From positions 22,134,001 through 22,198,000 of the forward strand of contig OZ249436.1 in assembly GCA_965235115.1 (NCBI GenBank): a stretch of DNA of 64,000 nucleotides. The letters are read 5' to 3'. Both the position numbers and the translations under genes were made by a program. The first letter of the stretch is position 1; every line of letters begins with the position of its first letter. Of the stretch, positions 62,475 through 64,000 are shown one piece after another. This DNA comes from Laetmonice hystrix. Lineage: Eukaryota. The notes under the pieces are model-generated. The model worked only from the letters and a program-made list of their open reading frames with translations, was not told the origin of the DNA and searched no databases.

Positions 62475-64000
62475 TGTGTGTGACGTGACGTATGATAGAT
62501 TCCGATATCCCTATCGTGTGTGACGTTGTGACGTATGACGGATTATGATATTCCGGTCGTGTGTGACGTGAGGAATGGCAAAATCTGCGCCCTCTGTCGT
62601 GTGTGACGTGACGTGTTACAGTGTCTGCGCCCCCTGTCGTGTGTGACGTGACGTGTGGCAGAGTCTGCGTCCCCTGTCGTGTGTGACGTGACGTGTGGCA
62701 GAGTCTGTGCCCCCTGTCGTGTGTGACGTGACGTGTGGCAGAGTCTGTGCCCCCTGTCGTGTGTGACGTGACGTGTGGCAGAGTGTGTGACCTTGTCGTG
62801 TGTGACGTGACGTATGGCAGAGTCTGTGCCCCCTGTCGTGTGTGACGTGACGTGTGGCAGAGTGTGTGACCTTGTCGTGTGTGACGTGACGTGTGGCAGA
62901 GTCTGTGCCCCCTGTCGTGTGTGACGTGACGTGTGGCAGAGTCTGCGCCCCCTGTCGTGTGTGACGTGACGTGTGGCAGAGTGTGTGACCTTGTCGTGTT
63001 TGACGTGACGTGTGGCAGAGTCTGTGCCCCCTGTCGTGTGTGACGTGACGTGTGGCAGAGTGTGTGACCTTGTCGTGTGTGACGTGACGTGTGGCAGAGT
63101 CTGTGCCCCCTGTCGTGTGTGACGTGACGTGTGGCAGAGTCTGCGCCCCCTGTCGTGTGTGACGTGACGTGTGGCAGAGTGTGTGACCTTGTCGTGTGTG
63201 ACGTGACGTGTGGCAGAGTCTGCTCCCTCTAGTGTGTGTGACGTGACCTATAGCAGAGTCTGCTCCCTCTGGTGTGTGTGACGTGACCTATGGCAGAGAC
63301 TGCTCCCTCTAGTGTGTGTGACGTGACCTATGGCAGAGACTGCTCCCTCTAGTGTGTGTGACGTGACCTATGGCAGAGTCTGCTCCCTCTGTAGTGTGTG
63401 ACGTGACCTAGGGCCGAGACTGCTCCCTCTAGTGTGTGTGACGTGACCTAGGGCCGAGACTGCTCCCTCTAGTGTGTGTGACGTGACCTAGGGCCGAGAC
63501 TGCTCCCTCTAGTGTGTGTGACGTGACCTATGGCAGAGTCTGCTCCCTCTGTAGTGTGTGACGTGACCTAGGGCCGAGACTGCTCCCTCTAGTGTGTGTG
63601 ACGTGACCTATGGCAGAGTCTGCTCCCTCTGTAGTGTGTGACGTGACCTATGGCAGAGACTGCTCCCTCTAGTGTGTGTGACGTGACCTATGGCAGAGTC
63701 TGTTCCCTCTGTTGTGTGTGACGTGACCTAGGGCCGAGACTGCTCCCTCTAGTGTGTGTGACGTGACCTATGGCAGAGTCTGCTCCCTCTGGTGTGTGTG
63801 ACGTGACCTATGGCAGAGACTGCTCCCTCTAGTGTGTGTGACGTGACCTATGGCAGAGTCTGTTCCCTCTGTTGTGTGTGACGTGACCTAGGGCCGAGAC
63901 TGCTCCCTCTAGTGTGTGTGACGTGACCTAGGGCCGAGACTGCTCCCTCTAGTGTGTGTGACGTGACCTAGGGCCGAGACTGCTCCCTCTAGTGTGTGTG
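62475..64000. repeat. 40-bp minisatellite with two subfamilies, running off the window end
   Basis: Type 1 is gtcgtgtgtgacgtgacgtgtggcagagtctgtgccccct. From ~63221, type 2 is agtgtgtgtgacgtgacctatggcagagactgctccctct. Confidence 0.96.

Overview
Eukaryotic (animal-type, probably invertebrate) genomic DNA. It is gene-poor and rich in tandem repeats, with two assembly gaps and no prokaryotic features; none of the arrays is a CRISPR because none has unique spacers. The only host-gene call I can tentatively make is a + strand terminal coding exon at 1838-1990 that resembles the last exon of the LIM-homeobox gene Islet, followed by a ~1.4 kb 3'UTR with a double AATAAA. The rest looks like a gene-desert or intronic landscape. 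It holds about 16 tandem arrays (21-786 bp units, roughly a quarter of the window), several small TIR elements, and a few candidate exons that I could not assign. The most structured region is 40.2-44.2 kb: two oppositely oriented arrays of one 50-bp unit flank a frameshifted minus-strand exon encoding a Ulp1-C-terminus-like helix and a PHD finger, all inside an outer 57-bp inverted repeat. All calls were made by eye and no searches were run. Most long ORFs in the track are artefacts of stop-free repeat units.
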